From: Candidatus Eiseniibacteriota bacterium
Lineage (GTDB): Bacteria > Orphanbacterota > Orphanbacteria > Orphanbacterales > Orphanbacteraceae
DNA: 64,000 bases
Reading direction: 5' to 3'
NCBI GenBank assembly: GCA_016867715.1
Contig: VGIW01000003.1
Span: forward strand, 5,251-69,250
Shown here: in pieces, positions 22,997 to 34,505 of the stretch
How positions within the stretch are numbered: the stretch's first letter is position 1
Layout of the letters: every line of letters begins with the position of its first letter
Notes under the pieces: model-generated
The model's input: only the letters and a program-made list of their open reading frames with translations
The model's database searches: none
What the model was told of the DNA's origin: nothing
Made by a program: the position numbers and the translations under genes

Positions 22997-24110
22997 AGCG
23001 GGAGAGGCGAGGAGGACCGCTCTCTACGATCGCCACGTGCGCGAGGGAGCGAAGATGGTTCCGTTCGCCGGATGGGAAATGCCGATTCAATACACGTCGA
23101 TCCTCGAGGAACACGCCGCGGTGCGGGAGCGGGCGGGTCTTTTCGACGTCTCCCACATGGGGGAGATCGTGCTCACCGGGCCCCGCAGGGAGGAGGAGGC
23201 GGACCGTCTGACGACGGCGCGCATCTCCGACCGGGAGCCGGGAGAAGTTCAGTACGCGGTCCTTCCGAATGACCGGGGCGGGATCGTGGACGACATCCTC
23301 GTCTACAAGCTCGAGGATGAGGTTCTCCTCGTCGTGAACGCGTCGAACCGCGAGAAGGATCTTCGATGGATCCTCGAGCGGTGCGGAGGCCGGGCGACGG
23401 TGACCGACCGGAGCCTCGAGACGAGCCAAGTCGCCGTGCAGGGGAAGCGTGCGCGGGCGATCTTCGCGCAGGTCGCGGAGCCGGATCTTCTCCGTCTTTC
23501 CTACTACCACGCGGCGCGGGGGAAGGTGGCGGGGGTTCCGGCGATCGTCTCGCGCACCGGATACACCGGCGAGTACGGATACGAAGTCTACGTTCCGTGG
23601 GCGGAGGGGCCGCGCGTCTGGGACGCGCTCCTCGATGCGGGGCGGAGCGAGGGGATCGCGCCCGTCGGTCTCGGCGCGCGCGACTCTCTTCGTCTCGAGA
23701 TGCGGTATTGTCTCTACGGAAACGACATCGACGAGACGACGAACCCCTTCGAGGCGGGAATCGGCTGGGTCGTGCGAAAGAAAGAGACCGATTTCGTCGG
23801 GAAGGAAGCGCTCGCCGCCGCCCGAAAGAGCGGAGCGCGAAGGAAGCTCGCGGCGTTTCGCCTCGGGCCGCGCGACATCCCGAGACCGGGATACGAGATC
23901 CTTCACAAGGGAAGGAAGGTGGGGGTCGTGACGAGCGGCGGATTCTCGCCGACCCTCCGCGCGGGGATCGCTCTCGGATATCTGGAGGACGCGGCGGACG
24001 AGGAGGAGGGATTCGCCGTTCGCATTCGGGATCGCGAAGCGCCAGCGCGTCGCCAGAAAGGCGCGTTCGTCGCCTCGTCGGTCAAAGAGGAAGGGGAGGA
24101 AGAATCGTGA
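22986..24110 (+). CDS. gcvT: Glycine cleavage T protein (aminomethyltransferase)
   Basis: [33 protein letters not shown]. Confidence 0.95.
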
Positions 24111-24496
24111 ACGTTCCGGAAGACCTCAAATACACCAGGGAGCACGAGTGGGTTCTCGTTGAGGGGAAGATCGCGACGGTCGGCATTACCGACTACGCGC
24201 AATCCGAGCTGGGCGACATCGTCTATCTCGAGTTTCCCGCGGTCGGGGACCGCGTGCGGTTGAGCGAGTCCGCCGGCACGATCGAAGCGGTGAAGACGGT
24301 CGCCGACCTCTTCGCTCCCCTTTCCGGCGAGGTGCTCGAGGTGAACGAAACGCTCCCCGAGGAGCCGGAGCGGGTGAACCGGGACCCGTACGGGGAAGGT
24401 TGGATGTTCAAGTTGTCGATCGAGGATCCGTCGGAGCTCGAGGAGCTTCTCGGCGCCGCGGACTACAAGAGGCTGGTCGAGGAATCGAGACGTTAG
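24107..24496 (+). CDS. gcvH: Glycine cleavage H protein
   Basis: EHEW, GITDYAQ, EAVKT lipoyl motif, NRDPYGEGW. Confidence 0.95.
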   Translation: MNVPEDLKYTREHEWVLVEGKIATVGITDYAQSELGDIVYLEFPAVGDRVRLSESAGTIEAVKTVADLFAPLSGEVLEVNETLPEEPERVNRDPYGEGWMFKLSIEDPSELEELLGAADYKRLVEESRR

Positions 24497-24517
24497 CCCG
24501 GATCATGCACACGTTTC
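24494..24517 (+). repeat. Isolated copy of the MITE terminal repeat
   Basis: tagcccggatcatgcacacgtttc: 20/24 to 3720-3743 and 21/24 to the 16870-16893 copy; starts at TTAG, whose TAG is the gcvH stop. Confidence 0.6.
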
Positions 24518-24527
24518 GGGGGGTTCG

Positions 24528-25910
24528 ATGAGCTACATACCGCACAACGTGGAAGACCGCGAGAAGATGCTCCGGTCGATCGGCGTCTCGAGCGTGGAAG
24601 ATCTCCTCCGCGAGATCCCCCGGTCTCTCCGTTTCGAGGGAACGCTTCCTCTCCCGCCGCCGCTCTCCCAGATGGAGACGGAAAGGGAGCTCGCAGGAAT
24701 CGCCGCCGAGAACGGCGCGGCGCTCGCCTGCGACTCCTTCCTCGGCGGGGGCGTCTACGATCACTACGTTCCCGCTCTCGTCGGGGCGACGGCCGCGCGT
24801 CCCGAGTTCTACAGCGCCTACACGCCGTATCAGGCCGAGGTGAGCCAGGGGACTCTTCAGGTCATCTTCGAGTTCCAATCGCTCATCTCGCGCCTCACAG
24901 GGATGCCGCTCGTGAACGCGTCCCTCTACGACGGGGCGACCGCATTGGTCGAGGCGATCTGGATGGCGTCCGGAGAGCGCTCTGGGCGCAGCGAAATCCT
25001 GATCGCGCGCGCTCTCCGCCCGAGCTACCGGGGGGTCCTCTGCTCGCACCTCGCGGTCTCCGGGCTTCGGCTTCGCGAGTTCCCGTTCGGGAAGGAGGGG
25101 ACGACCGATCTTTCCCGTCTCAAGCAAATGGTCTCGAGCGAAACCGCGGCGGTCGTCGTGGAGAGCCCGAACGTGTTCGGGCTTCTCGAGGAGACCGAGG
25201 AGGCGGGTCGGATCGCCCACGAGGCGGGCGCCCTCTTCATCCAGGTGTTCGACCCGGTGAGCCTCGCGATCGTTCGGACGCCGGCGGAGGCGGGGGCGGA
25301 CATCGCGGTCGGCGAGGGGCAGAGCCTCGGCTCGCCGCCGAACTTCGGCGGGCCGCTCCTCGGGCTCTTCGCGGCGCGCGCGGAGTTTCTCCGGCGGATG
25401 CCGGGGAGGCTCTCCGGGATGACCGAGGACGCGAAGGGCGCCCGCGCGTTCACCCTCACGCTCCAGACGCGCGAGCAACACATCCGCCGGGAGAAGGCGA
25501 CCTCGAACATCTGCACGAACCAGGGGCTCGTCGCTCTCGCCGCCGCGGTTCACCTCTCGTCGCTCGGACCCGTGGGGCTCCGGCGCGCCGCGCTCCTCAG
25601 CCAGGAGCGGGCTCTCGAGCTCAGGAAGCTTCTTCGCGAGTCGGGGGCCGCGTTCCCCTTCGACGGTCCCTTCTTCCGCGAGTTCGTCGTCCGCTTCCCC
25701 GAGGAGTCGCTGGAGCGCGGTCTCGTCCGGCACCTTCTCGACCATCGCGTCATCCCGGGGATCCCGCTCGAAAAGGCGTATCCGGAAATGAGAGGATGCC
25801 TGCTCGTCGCGGTCACCGAGAAGAGGAGCCGGGAGTCGATCCGGCGCTACGCGGATCTCGTACGCGACTTCGCCGATGCAAGGGGGAAAGGAGCGCCGCC
25901 CGATGCTTGA
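24528..25910 (+). CDS. gcvPA: Glycine decarboxylase subunit 1
   Basis: YTPYQAEVSQG, NASLYDG, TREQHIRREKATSNICTNQ. Confidence 0.95.
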   Translation: MSYIPHNVEDREKMLRSIGVSSVEDLLREIPRSLRFEGTLPLPPPLSQMETERELAGIAAENGAALACDSFLGGGVYDHYVPALVGATAARPEFYSAYTPYQAEVSQGTLQVIFEFQSLISRLTGMPLVNASLYDGATALVEAIWMASGERSGRSEILIARALRPSYRGVLCSHLAVSGLRLREFPFGKEGTTDLSRLKQMVSSETAAVVVESPNVFGLLEETEEAGRIAHEAGALFIQVFDPVSLAIVRTPAEAGADIAVGEGQSLGSPPNFGGPLLGLFAARAEFLRRMPGRLSGMTEDAKGARAFTLTLQTREQHIRREKATSNICTNQGLVALAAAVHLSSLGPVGLRRAALLSQERALELRKLLRESGAAFPFDGPFFREFVVRFPEESLERGLVRHLLDHRVIPGIPLEKAYPEMRGCLLVAVTEKRSRESIRRYADLVRDFADARGKGAPPDA

Positions 25911-27384
25911 TCCGGTGATCTTCGAACTGCATAAGACCGGGCGCGCGGCGGAGCACTTGCCGGCTCCGGAGACTCCGGAGGAGGAGATCCTCGCGTCGAT
26001 CCCGGAACGGATGAGACGCCGTCTTCCGCTCCGGCTCGCCGAGGTGCCGGAGCTCGAGCTCGCGCGCCACTACGAGCGGCTCGCGCGGCGAAACCACCAC
26101 GTCGAGAAGGACTTCTATCCTCTCGGCTCCTGCACGATGAAGTACAACCCGAAGGTGCACGAAAGGATCGCCTCGCTTCCGGAGTTCGCCGCGCTCCACC
26201 CGATGCTCCCCGAGACGCTCGCGCAAGGGGCGATCCGCCTTCTCGGCTCGATGGAGGAGGCGCTCGCAGCGGTCACCGGCATGGATGCCTTCACGCTTCA
26301 GCCGGCCGCCGGCGCGCACGGGGAGTTCACCGGTCTTTCGCTCGTCGAGGCGTACTTCCGGAAGAAGGGCGAGGACCGCCGCAAGGTGATCCTCCCCGAT
26401 TCCGCGCACGGAACGAACCCGGCCTCGGTCCGGCGTCTCAGCCTCGAGCCGGTCGAGGTGCGGAGCGACGAACGGGGCGAGGTGTCGATCGACGCGCTCG
26501 CGGCTCTCGTGGACGAAGGGACCGCCGCCCTCATGCTCACGCTTCCGAACACGCTCGGGCTCTTCGAGTCGCATCTTCCGCGCATTGTGGAGATCGTGCA
26601 CGGAGCGGGGGCGCAGTTGTATCTCGACGGGGCGAACCTGAACGCGCTCCTCGGCATCGTGCGCCCCGGAGACATCGGCTTCGACGTCATGCACGCGAAC
26701 GTGCACAAGACGTTCTCCACGCCGCACGGGGGGGGCGGCCCGGGAGCCGGGCCGGTCGGCGTGAAGGAGCACCTCCGCCCGTTCCTCCCGACCCCACGGC
26801 CGGTTCGCGAGGGGGATCGCTGGACGTGGAAGCACGACTTCCCCGACTCGATCGGTCCGGTCCACTCGTACTACGGGAACTTCGCGGTGCTCGTCCGCGC
26901 GTACGCGTATATCCGCCATCTCGGCGCCCCCGGTCTTCGCGAGGTGACCGAGCACGCGATTTTGGGCGCGAACTACCTTCGATCGCTTGTCGAGAAGTCG
27001 TATCCGGTCCCTTACCGGCGCGCCGCGATGCACGAGTTCGTCGCCTCCGCGGCCCGCTTCTTTCAAGCAGCGAACATTCGCGCGATGGACATCGGAAAGC
27101 GGCTTCTCGATTTCGGGTTCTACGCGCCGACGATCTCCTTCCCGCTCATCGTGAAGGAAGCGCTCATGATCGAGCCGACCGAGACGGAGAGCCGCGAGAC
27201 GATCGAGCGGTTCGCCGAGGCGATGCTCGCGATCGCGAAGGAGATCGAGGAGGATCCGGAGCGCGTCCGCGGCGCCCCGTACCATACCCCGGTCCGCCGC
27301 GTGAACGAGAGCCTCGCCTCGCGGCGTCCGCAGCTCGTCTGGGAGGATGGGGCCGATGGGGAAGGAGCCCCTTCTCGAGGTTGA
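25903..27384 (+). CDS. gcvPB: Glycine decarboxylase subunit 2
   Basis: [41 protein letters not shown]. Confidence 0.95.
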   Translation: MLDPVIFELHKTGRAAEHLPAPETPEEEILASIPERMRRRLPLRLAEVPELELARHYERLARRNHHVEKDFYPLGSCTMKYNPKVHERIASLPEFAALHPMLPETLAQGAIRLLGSMEEALAAVTGMDAFTLQPAAGAHGEFTGLSLVEAYFRKKGEDRRKVILPDSAHGTNPASVRRLSLEPVEVRSDERGEVSIDALAALVDEGTAALMLTLPNTLGLFESHLPRIVEIVHGAGAQLYLDGANLNALLGIVRPGDIGFDVMHANVHKTFSTPHGGGGPGAGPVGVKEHLRPFLPTPRPVREGDRWTWKHDFPDSIGPVHSYYGNFAVLVRAYAYIRHLGAPGLREVTEHAILGANYLRSLVEKSYPVPYRRAAMHEFVASAARFFQAANIRAMDIGKRLLDFGFYAPTISFPLIVKEALMIEPTETESRETIERFAEAMLAIAKEIEEDPERVRGAPYHTPVRRVNESLASRRPQLVWEDGADGEGAPSRG

Positions 27385-28324
27385 GGACCTCCGCGTCTTC
27401 TTCGCGACCGACGGGGAGATCGCGCGCGTGGTCGACGCGGTCTCCCTCTCCGTTCGGAAGGGTGAGGTCCTCGGCCTGGTCGGGGAGTCCGGCTGCGGGA
27501 AGAGCGTCACCGCCCTGTCGATTCTCCGCCTGATCCCCGAACCCCCGGGGAGGATTGCCGGGGGATGCATCCGTTTCCTCGGGCGCGATCTCCTCCGGCT
27601 CTCCGAGTCGGAGATGCGGAGGATCCGAGGGAACGCGATCGCGATGGTCTTCCAAGAGCCGACGGCCTCCCTGAACCCGGTGCTCACGTGCGGATTCCAG
27701 GTCGAGGAGGCGTTCCGGCTCCACCGGCGTCTTCGTGGATCCGCCGCGCGCGAGGCGGCGGTCGAGGCGCTTCGCCTCGTCGGCATTCCGGACCCGGAGG
27801 CGCGTGCGGGCGACTACCCCCACCGGCTTTCCGGAGGCATGAGGCAGAGGGTGCTCCTGGCGATCGCGCTCGCGTGCCGTCCGGCGCTCCTCATCGCGGA
27901 CGAGCCGACCACGGCGCTCGATGTCACGATCCAGGCCCAGATCCTGCGCGTTCTTTTAGACCTAAAAGAACAGCTCGGCATGTCGGTCCTCCTCATCACG
28001 CACGACCTCGGGGTCGTTGCGGAGGCGGCCGACCGCGTCGCGGTCATGTACGCGGGGGAGATCGTCGAGGAGGGGGACGCCGCCTCGGTTCTCGAGAGCC
28101 CGCGCCATCCGTACACGCAGGCTCTCCTCCGCGCCGCGCCCCGCGCGGACGGCGCGGCCGAGGCGCTCCGCCCGATCGAGGGGAGTGTCCCGGACCCGCG
28201 CGATCACCCGTCCGGGTGCCGCTTTCACCCGCGGTGCCCGATCGCCGAAAGCGGATGCCGCGAGGCGCATCCTCGCCTCGTGGGCTCGGTTCGCTGCTTT
28301 CTCGCAGAGGGAGGGGGATCGTGA
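27347..28324 (+). CDS. Oligopeptide/dipeptide ABC transporter ATPase (OppD/DppD type)
   Basis: [25 protein letters not shown]-terminal CRFHPRC. Confidence 0.93.
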   Translation: MGPMGKEPLLEVEDLRVFFATDGEIARVVDAVSLSVRKGEVLGLVGESGCGKSVTALSILRLIPEPPGRIAGGCIRFLGRDLLRLSESEMRRIRGNAIAMVFQEPTASLNPVLTCGFQVEEAFRLHRRLRGSAAREAAVEALRLVGIPDPEARAGDYPHRLSGGMRQRVLLAIALACRPALLIADEPTTALDVTIQAQILRVLLDLKEQLGMSVLLITHDLGVVAEAADRVAVMYAGEIVEEGDAASVLESPRHPYTQALLRAAPRADGAAEALRPIEGSVPDPRDHPSGCRFHPRCPIAESGCREAHPRLVGSVRCFLAEGGGS

Positions 28325-29358
28325 CGGCCGGATCGGTTCTCCTTTCGGTTCGCGGGCTCCGCAAGGAGTACACGCTTCGCGGCGGGCTTCTCGGCCGAAG
28401 GGGAGGTATCGTCCGAGCGGTCGGCGGGGTCTCGTTCGGTGTCGAAGAAGGGAGCACGCTCGGCCTCGTCGGCGAGAGCGGGGCGGGAAAGAGCACGATC
28501 GGCCGCACGCTTCTTCGGTTGGAGGAGCCGACGGAAGGGGAGATCCTGTTTCGAGGGCGCGATCTTTCCCGGCTCTCGGTCCGCGAGCTCCGGCCGCTCC
28601 GCCGCGAGATGCAGATCGTCTTTCAGGATCCGTTCGGCTCGCTGAACCCGCGGGTTCCGGTGGGGCGTGCGATCCGCGAGGTGCTGGAGGTGCATCGGAT
28701 CGCGAAGGGGAAGAGCGCGAGCGACCAGGCCCGAGGTCTCCTCGAGCTTGTGGGGCTCCAACGCGGGGATGGAGATCGCTACCCGCATGAGTTCAGCGCA
28801 GGCCAGCGCCAGAGGATCTGCATCGCGCGCGCCCTCTCCGTCTCCCCGAGGTTCATCGTGGCGGACGAGCCGGTCTCGGCGCTCGACATGTCCAATCAAG
28901 CGCAGATCGTGAACCTCCTCCTCGGCCTGCAGCAGAAGCTCGGGATCTCGTATCTTCTTATAACGCACAATCTTGCGGTCGTTCGACAGATCGCCGGTCG
29001 CCTCGCCGTCCTCTACCTCGGGAAGATCGTCGAGGAGGGGCCGACGCCCGATCTGTTCCTGGGTCCGCTCCATCCTTACACCGGGGCGCTTCTCGCGGCC
29101 TCTCCCTCGAGAAACCCGCGCGAGCGCGGGCGGTCGCTCCTCCTCTCGGGGGAGATCCCCTCTCCCATGCGTATCCCGGCCGGTTGCCCCTTCCATCCGC
29201 GCTGCCCGCACGCGGGGGAGAGGTGCCGCGCCGAGGTTCCCCGCGAGATCTCCCCCGGGCTCTCCCGGCGGGTGTCGTGCCACCTTCACGATGGCGGAAC
29301 CGGACCTCCGCTCGCGATTGGGAAAAGCCCGGCGCCCCGCGGACCGATCGCGAGCTAG
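28321..29358 (+). CDS. Oligopeptide/dipeptide ABC transporter ATPase (OppF/DppF type)
   Basis: [31 protein letters not shown]. Confidence 0.93.
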   Translation: MTAGSVLLSVRGLRKEYTLRGGLLGRRGGIVRAVGGVSFGVEEGSTLGLVGESGAGKSTIGRTLLRLEEPTEGEILFRGRDLSRLSVRELRPLRREMQIVFQDPFGSLNPRVPVGRAIREVLEVHRIAKGKSASDQARGLLELVGLQRGDGDRYPHEFSAGQRQRICIARALSVSPRFIVADEPVSALDMSNQAQIVNLLLGLQQKLGISYLLITHNLAVVRQIAGRLAVLYLGKIVEEGPTPDLFLGPLHPYTGALLAASPSRNPRERGRSLLLSGEIPSPMRIPAGCPFHPRCPHAGERCRAEVPREISPGLSRRVSCHLHDGGTGPPLAIGKSPAPRGPIAS

Positions 29359-29384
29359 CATCAAGATTCGTCGGAGGTTAGGGC

Positions 29385-29413
29385 TTGACACCGGGAGGGG
29401 CCTTGGGTACATT
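29385..29413 (+). promoter_or_regulatory. sigma70-type promoter for the TBDR operon
   Basis: TTGACA-N17-TACATT. Confidence 0.7.
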
Positions 29414-29477
29414 GGCTTCGGCGTTTATGCAGGTCGTTGAACGGTGTCCGGCGTCGCCGCATATAAGGAGAGAGGTC

Positions 29478-32186
29478 ATGGCTTCGCAGAGGAATTCCGG
29501 TCCTCGCGCATCCGTCCTTCTCGCGCTCGCCTTGCTCTTCGTTCTTGGGACGGCCTTCGCACAGGACGGTCAAACGGGAACGCTGTCGGGCCAAGTCCGC
29601 GAAGCGGAAACAGGCAAGCCGATCGCTTGGGCGGATGTGCTCATTCAGGGAACGACCATCGGAGGCATCAGCCAGCAGAACGGGACGTTCACGATCTACA
29701 AGATTCCGGCGGGAACGTACACGGTGACCGTTCAGATGATGGGCTACACGCCTCGGAAGTTCGAGGGGGTCGCGGTCGTCCCGGGCCAGGTGACGAACCT
29801 GATCGCCGAGCTCTCCGAGACCGCCGTGCAGATGGAGACGATCCGCATCGGTGCGGACGAGAAGATGGACGTCACCGAGCAGACGAGGACAGAGTACAAG
29901 ATCGACAAGGAAGAGTTCAAGATTCGCGCTATCAACACGGTGACCGACGCCCTCGCGAAGCAGCCCGGCGTGACGATCGACGGCCAAGGGCGCCTTCACG
30001 TGCGCGGCGGCCGCGCGGACGAGGTGAAGTACTTCGTCGATGGGATGCCCGTGACCGACCCGTTCGTGGGCCAGAACACGCTCGATGTCTCGTTTGCGTC
30101 TCTCGAGAACATCCAACTCCTCTCGGGCGGTTTCGATGCCGAGTTCGGCAACGCTCAGTCAGGGATCGTGAACATCCAGACCGCGGAGGGGGGCAGGAAG
30201 TTCTCGGGGCTCGTGAAGTACATGACGGACGACTACGGGGCGCCGGACAAGACTTACTGGAACGCGGACGACATCGCCTTCGCGGTAGGAGGACCGCTCG
30301 TCTCCAAGGACCTGCGATTCCACCTGTCGGCGGAAGCGAACTTCAGCGACACATATATCAAACCTCGAAAGGAATACACGAAGCGGGAGGTCTACGGGAT
30401 CACGCTTCAGGATCGCATCTACAACCAGTACCGAGGCCAGGGGAAGCTGACTTACTACTTCTCGCCGGAGATGAAGCTGTCCACGGAAGCGCTCTACACG
30501 CGCTCCTTGCAGGATCAGTACCATCACCCGTACAGCCGAGTCGGGTGGTGGTCGGCCGAGGCGAAGCGCTGGTGGTATGAACCTCTCGACACGACCTACG
30601 TCTTCTATTCCGGCCCGGAGCACCTGCCCCGCTTCATCACCGAGGACAGCCAGGCGAAGGCGTCGTGGACCCATACCCTCTCTCCCGAGACGTTTTATAC
30701 GCTCAAGGTCAGCCGCTTCACGACCAGCTATCTGGAGCGGGTGGGGCACAAGGAGCCCCGGGAGTACATTCCGACGTACAGGAGCGACGAGTACGTCGAT
30801 CCGGCGAACCGCTACTTCGTCGTGCAGGGGGACTACCCGCACTACCAAGACTATCGGACGAGGCGCTACACGGTGCGATCCGACCTCACGAGCCAGGTGA
30901 CGGAGCGGCACCGGATGAAGACCGGCCTCGAGCTCGATTACTACGATCTTTCCATGTTCGAGGCGACCTATCCCGACTCGAACCGCCCCGAGGGACCGTG
31001 GCCGGACCGCTACAACGTCTTCTCCTGGGGGGGCGCGGCGTACATCCAGGACAAGCTCCAGTACGAGGGGATGGTCCTGAGCGCGGGTCTGCGGCTCGAC
31101 TTCTTCGATCCGGGGGCGCGTGCCGCGCGGATCGGGAACGAGTTCCTTGCCTCGACGTTCCAGACGCCGCAGGACATCTCGCTCTGGTCCCGCCTCAAGA
31201 AGCAGGTGAGCCCTCGTCTCGGCATGGCCTATCCGATCTCCGACCGGGACGTGCTCCACTTCCACTACGGCCGGTTCTACCAGCTCCCCGTCTTCGAGCG
31301 GATGTACAAGGGGATCGGTCAGCAGATCGAGCAGGACGGGGGCACCTACGGGAATATCTTCCTCGATCCGGAGAAGAATATCAGCTACGAGCTCGGCGTC
31401 GACCATCAGCTGACGAAGACCTTGAACCTCGACATGACCGTCTTCTTCAAGGACATCTTCGGTTGGATCGATACGGACGAGATCGTGAACGGGAGCCTCG
31501 CGAGCTTCGGCAACTCCGCCCCGATCGGATACGTGAACCAGGCCTACGGGACGGTGAAAGGTTTGGAGTTCAAGCTGAACCGAAGGCTCGCGAACAAGTT
31601 CGGGGGGAGCATCGTCTACACGCTGGCCCGGGCGACCGGGACTTTCTCGGACGACAACTCGCAAGCCCTCGTGGGGACCGGCGTGCTCAATCGGAAGCCG
31701 CTCACGGAGAACCCGCTCAACTGGGACCGGACGCACGCGGTCGTGGGGAACCTCATTCTCACCGACCCGGGCGTCTGGGAGTTCTCGATGGACTACATGT
31801 ACGAAACCGGCTCTCCGTTCACCCCGCGGCGGTACCAGCAGAGGAGCATCGACGCGGAGGACATGAACTCGGCACGCCTCCCTGACGAGTCCCGGCTCGA
31901 CGTGCGGGCAAACAAGCTCTACAGCATCTACGGTCAGGAGTTCCGCCTCTTTGTGGAGGCGAACAACGTGCTGAACCGCGAGAACATCCGGGATCTCAGT
32001 CCCGGCGAGTGGCCGAGCAATAGCGGGCTCTACACGGTCTACTACACCGAGACGGGACAGCTCGGCGGAGCGTACAACCTGAACGACGTGAACGCGTCCG
32101 CCGGGAACCAGTACGTCTCCCTGGGCGACCCGCGCGTGCTCGATCCGATGCGGCGGGTGAAGGTCGGGATCATGTTCGACTGGTAG
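29478..32186 (+). CDS. TonB-dependent outer membrane receptor with N-terminal carboxypeptidase-regulatory-like domain (902 aa)
   Basis: Signal peptide; plug motifs HVRGGRADE, GGFDAEFGNAQSGIVN; SPRLG, LDPEKNISYELG; terminal aromatic (FDW). Confidence 0.93.
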   Translation: MASQRNSGPRASVLLALALLFVLGTAFAQDGQTGTLSGQVREAETGKPIAWADVLIQGTTIGGISQQNGTFTIYKIPAGTYTVTVQMMGYTPRKFEGVAVVPGQVTNLIAELSETAVQMETIRIGADEKMDVTEQTRTEYKIDKEEFKIRAINTVTDALAKQPGVTIDGQGRLHVRGGRADEVKYFVDGMPVTDPFVGQNTLDVSFASLENIQLLSGGFDAEFGNAQSGIVNIQTAEGGRKFSGLVKYMTDDYGAPDKTYWNADDIAFAVGGPLVSKDLRFHLSAEANFSDTYIKPRKEYTKREVYGITLQDRIYNQYRGQGKLTYYFSPEMKLSTEALYTRSLQDQYHHPYSRVGWWSAEAKRWWYEPLDTTYVFYSGPEHLPRFITEDSQAKASWTHTLSPETFYTLKVSRFTTSYLERVGHKEPREYIPTYRSDEYVDPANRYFVVQGDYPHYQDYRTRRYTVRSDLTSQVTERHRMKTGLELDYYDLSMFEATYPDSNRPEGPWPDRYNVFSWGGAAYIQDKLQYEGMVLSAGLRLDFFDPGARAARIGNEFLASTFQTPQDISLWSRLKKQVSPRLGMAYPISDRDVLHFHYGRFYQLPVFERMYKGIGQQIEQDGGTYGNIFLDPEKNISYELGVDHQLTKTLNLDMTVFFKDIFGWIDTDEIVNGSLASFGNSAPIGYVNQAYGTVKGLEFKLNRRLANKFGGSIVYTLARATGTFSDDNSQALVGTGVLNRKPLTENPLNWDRTHAVVGNLILTDPGVWEFSMDYMYETGSPFTPRRYQQRSIDAEDMNSARLPDESRLDVRANKLYSIYGQEFRLFVEANNVLNRENIRDLSPGEWPSNSGLYTVYYTETGQLGGAYNLNDVNASAGNQYVSLGDPRVLDPMRRVKVGIMFDW

Positions 32187-32219
32187 TCGTCCCATCGCGT
32201 GAACCGGGGGAATGAAACC

Positions 32220-34439
32220 ATGACGGGGGTTCGTGGAAAAACTCGAGAGGGACGCGTCGCGGGTTCGAGGAAGCTCCCGGCGGCCGTCCGAAGCGCGGCG
32301 GTCGTGCTTTTGTTCGCGGCTCTTGCGGGAAGCGCGCTCGCGCGCCCGGCGCCCGGCCAAGAGGATCTGATCGATCGGACGGCGCCGCCGGTCCACCAGG
32401 TCCCGAACTTCGGGGCGACCTATCACAACGTCGGGAAGCTCGTCCTTCATGTGTCGAACTTTGGGATCTTCGGGACCTCGGGCCAGTTCTCGTACAACCA
32501 GGCCCCGTCGGGCCAGTGGCCTCCGGGGAGCGGACACGAGTACCTGTGGGCCGCGGGTCTCTGGGTCGGCGGGGTGGTCCCGCGGCTGGACAACCCGAGC
32601 ACAGAAGATACGCTCGTTTCCTCGGCCGTGTACGAGTGGGAGTACCGGCCGGACATCTTCGATCCGGTCGCGACGATCTACCAGACGTGGGAAGGGAGGC
32701 CGGGAGGGGCGCGCAACGTCGACGACGACGGCGACGGGGAGATCGACGAGGACCCCCTCGACGGGATCAACAACGATCCTTGGAACGACACCCGGGTCGA
32801 CGAGGATCACTACGCGATCGGGCAGCAGATGTACCGGTGCGTCTTCTACGACACTTCCACGGTCCGGAACCAGTTCATCGCGGACCCGAATTGGCTTCAC
32901 TTTCCGCTCGGATTGAAGGTGACGCAGGAGAGCTACCAGTGGGTAGGGCGGAACTGGGACGACTTCGTGGGGATCCAATTCGAGATCGAGAACATTACGC
33001 TGCGCACCTTCAAGGACGTGTACGTCGGCTTCATGGTCGACTCGGACATCGGGAACGCTCGGATCACGGAGAACATCTACCTGGACGACCTGTCCAACTT
33101 CATCTCGCAGGACACCACGATCATCGTGCCGGGGCGCGATCCGGAGAAGCTGGACCTCAGCATCGGCTACATGCGCGACGTGGAGGGAGGGGACGACGGC
33201 GATAACGCGAACGCCCTCTTCGGGGTGATGTTCCTCGGACATACGGTCGACTCGACGGGGGTGAACGCCCCCGAGAAGGTCGAGATCCATGCGTATCGCT
33301 CATGGTCGGGAGGGGACGAGGACCCGGAGCACGACCGCGAGCGCTATCGCTATCTCCGCGGCGAGAACCGGGTCGGCAACCGATGGCTCCAGCACATCGA
33401 CCCGCCGGAGAGCCGTCCGGACGACTATCGAATGCTCGTCTCGGCGGGTCCCTTCCGGGAGCTTCGCCCGGGGGGCAAGCTGACGTTCCAGTCCGCGTTC
33501 GTGGTGCTCGACCCCTTGAACTATGATCGCAACGACCCGGAGCAGGTGCGCCTCTACATGCTCGGCAACGCGATCGCGGCGCAGCGGATCTTCAATCGGA
33601 ACTGGACCGCCGCCGCCGCGCCGCCGCCGCCGAACCAGGACGTGATCCCGGGCGACCGCCGGGTGACAATCGAGTGGGACGACTTCTCCGAGCTCACCCC
33701 CGACCCGCTCAGCCAGAAGTACGACTTCCAGGGATACCAGGTCTGGAAGGCGGTCGGTTGGCGTCGCGAGGCGGCCGAGCCGCGCGACGAAGACTGGTTC
33801 CTCCTGGCAGAAATCGACAAGAAGGATCTCTCCAACTTCGACACGGGGGCGCAGGGGGTCGGGAAGTACCGCTATCTCGACACGCGCGACGTGAAGAACG
33901 GGTTCGCCTACTGGTACGCGGTGACCGCGTACGATCACGGCGATCCCTCCGAAGGGATTCAGCCGGAATACGGCAAGTACTCCCAATCGCGGATGCTGGT
34001 CTATCCGCGCTTTAACCCGACGCGATCTCTCGACGACGCGGTCGATGTGTACGACGTCGATCCGACCACCGGCGAGGTTCTCTCGAAGACGACGCGGACG
34101 GACGTCAAGAACGTCCATGTCGTCCCGAACCCTTACAAGGAAGGCGCCGATTGGGACGAGGCGAGCTGGACGGATCCAACCCATCCCCTCGGCGGGAACG
34201 CCACCGGGCGGAAGATCTACTTCGTGAACCTTCCGGAGCGCGCGACGATCCGTATCTACACGCTCGGCGGAGACCTTGTGCAGACGATCGAGCACCGTTA
34301 TGATCTCAGCCCGAGCAACGACATGACGTACTGGAACCTCGTGTCTCGAAACAACCAGGAAGTGGTGAGCGGCGTCTACATCTTCCATATCGAATCCCCG
34401 GTCGGCGAGAAAGTCGGGCGCTTCGTCGTGATTCGCTAG
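32220..34439 (+). CDS. Secreted protein with Asp-rich Ca-binding-like repeats, FN3-like domain and T9SS-like C-terminal sorting domain
   Basis: Signal peptide; DDDGDGEIDED; GDRRVTIEW...GYQVWK...YAVTAYD; C-terminus VVPNPY..IYFVNLP..IRIYT..WNL..SGVYIF..FVVIR. Confidence 0.8.
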   Translation: MTGVRGKTREGRVAGSRKLPAAVRSAAVVLLFAALAGSALARPAPGQEDLIDRTAPPVHQVPNFGATYHNVGKLVLHVSNFGIFGTSGQFSYNQAPSGQWPPGSGHEYLWAAGLWVGGVVPRLDNPSTEDTLVSSAVYEWEYRPDIFDPVATIYQTWEGRPGGARNVDDDGDGEIDEDPLDGINNDPWNDTRVDEDHYAIGQQMYRCVFYDTSTVRNQFIADPNWLHFPLGLKVTQESYQWVGRNWDDFVGIQFEIENITLRTFKDVYVGFMVDSDIGNARITENIYLDDLSNFISQDTTIIVPGRDPEKLDLSIGYMRDVEGGDDGDNANALFGVMFLGHTVDSTGVNAPEKVEIHAYRSWSGGDEDPEHDRERYRYLRGENRVGNRWLQHIDPPESRPDDYRMLVSAGPFRELRPGGKLTFQSAFVVLDPLNYDRNDPEQVRLYMLGNAIAAQRIFNRNWTAAAAPPPPNQDVIPGDRRVTIEWDDFSELTPDPLSQKYDFQGYQVWKAVGWRREAAEPRDEDWFLLAEIDKKDLSNFDTGAQGVGKYRYLDTRDVKNGFAYWYAVTAYDHGDPSEGIQPEYGKYSQSRMLVYPRFNPTRSLDDAVDVYDVDPTTGEVLSKTTRTDVKNVHVVPNPYKEGADWDEASWTDPTHPLGGNATGRKIYFVNLPERATIRIYTLGGDLVQTIEHRYDLSPSNDMTYWNLVSRNNQEVVSGVYIFHIESPVGEKVGRFVVIR

Positions 34440-34505
34440 CGAGCGGGGAGGACGGATTCCATGCGCGACGGTACTCATGAAGATAGAAGAAAGGAGCGAT
34501 TGCTG

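Noticed and set aside
29359-29477. Cobalamin riboswitch or Fur box before the TBDR
   Set aside because: The leader is only ~60 nt and no B12-box or GATAATGAT-like motif is seen
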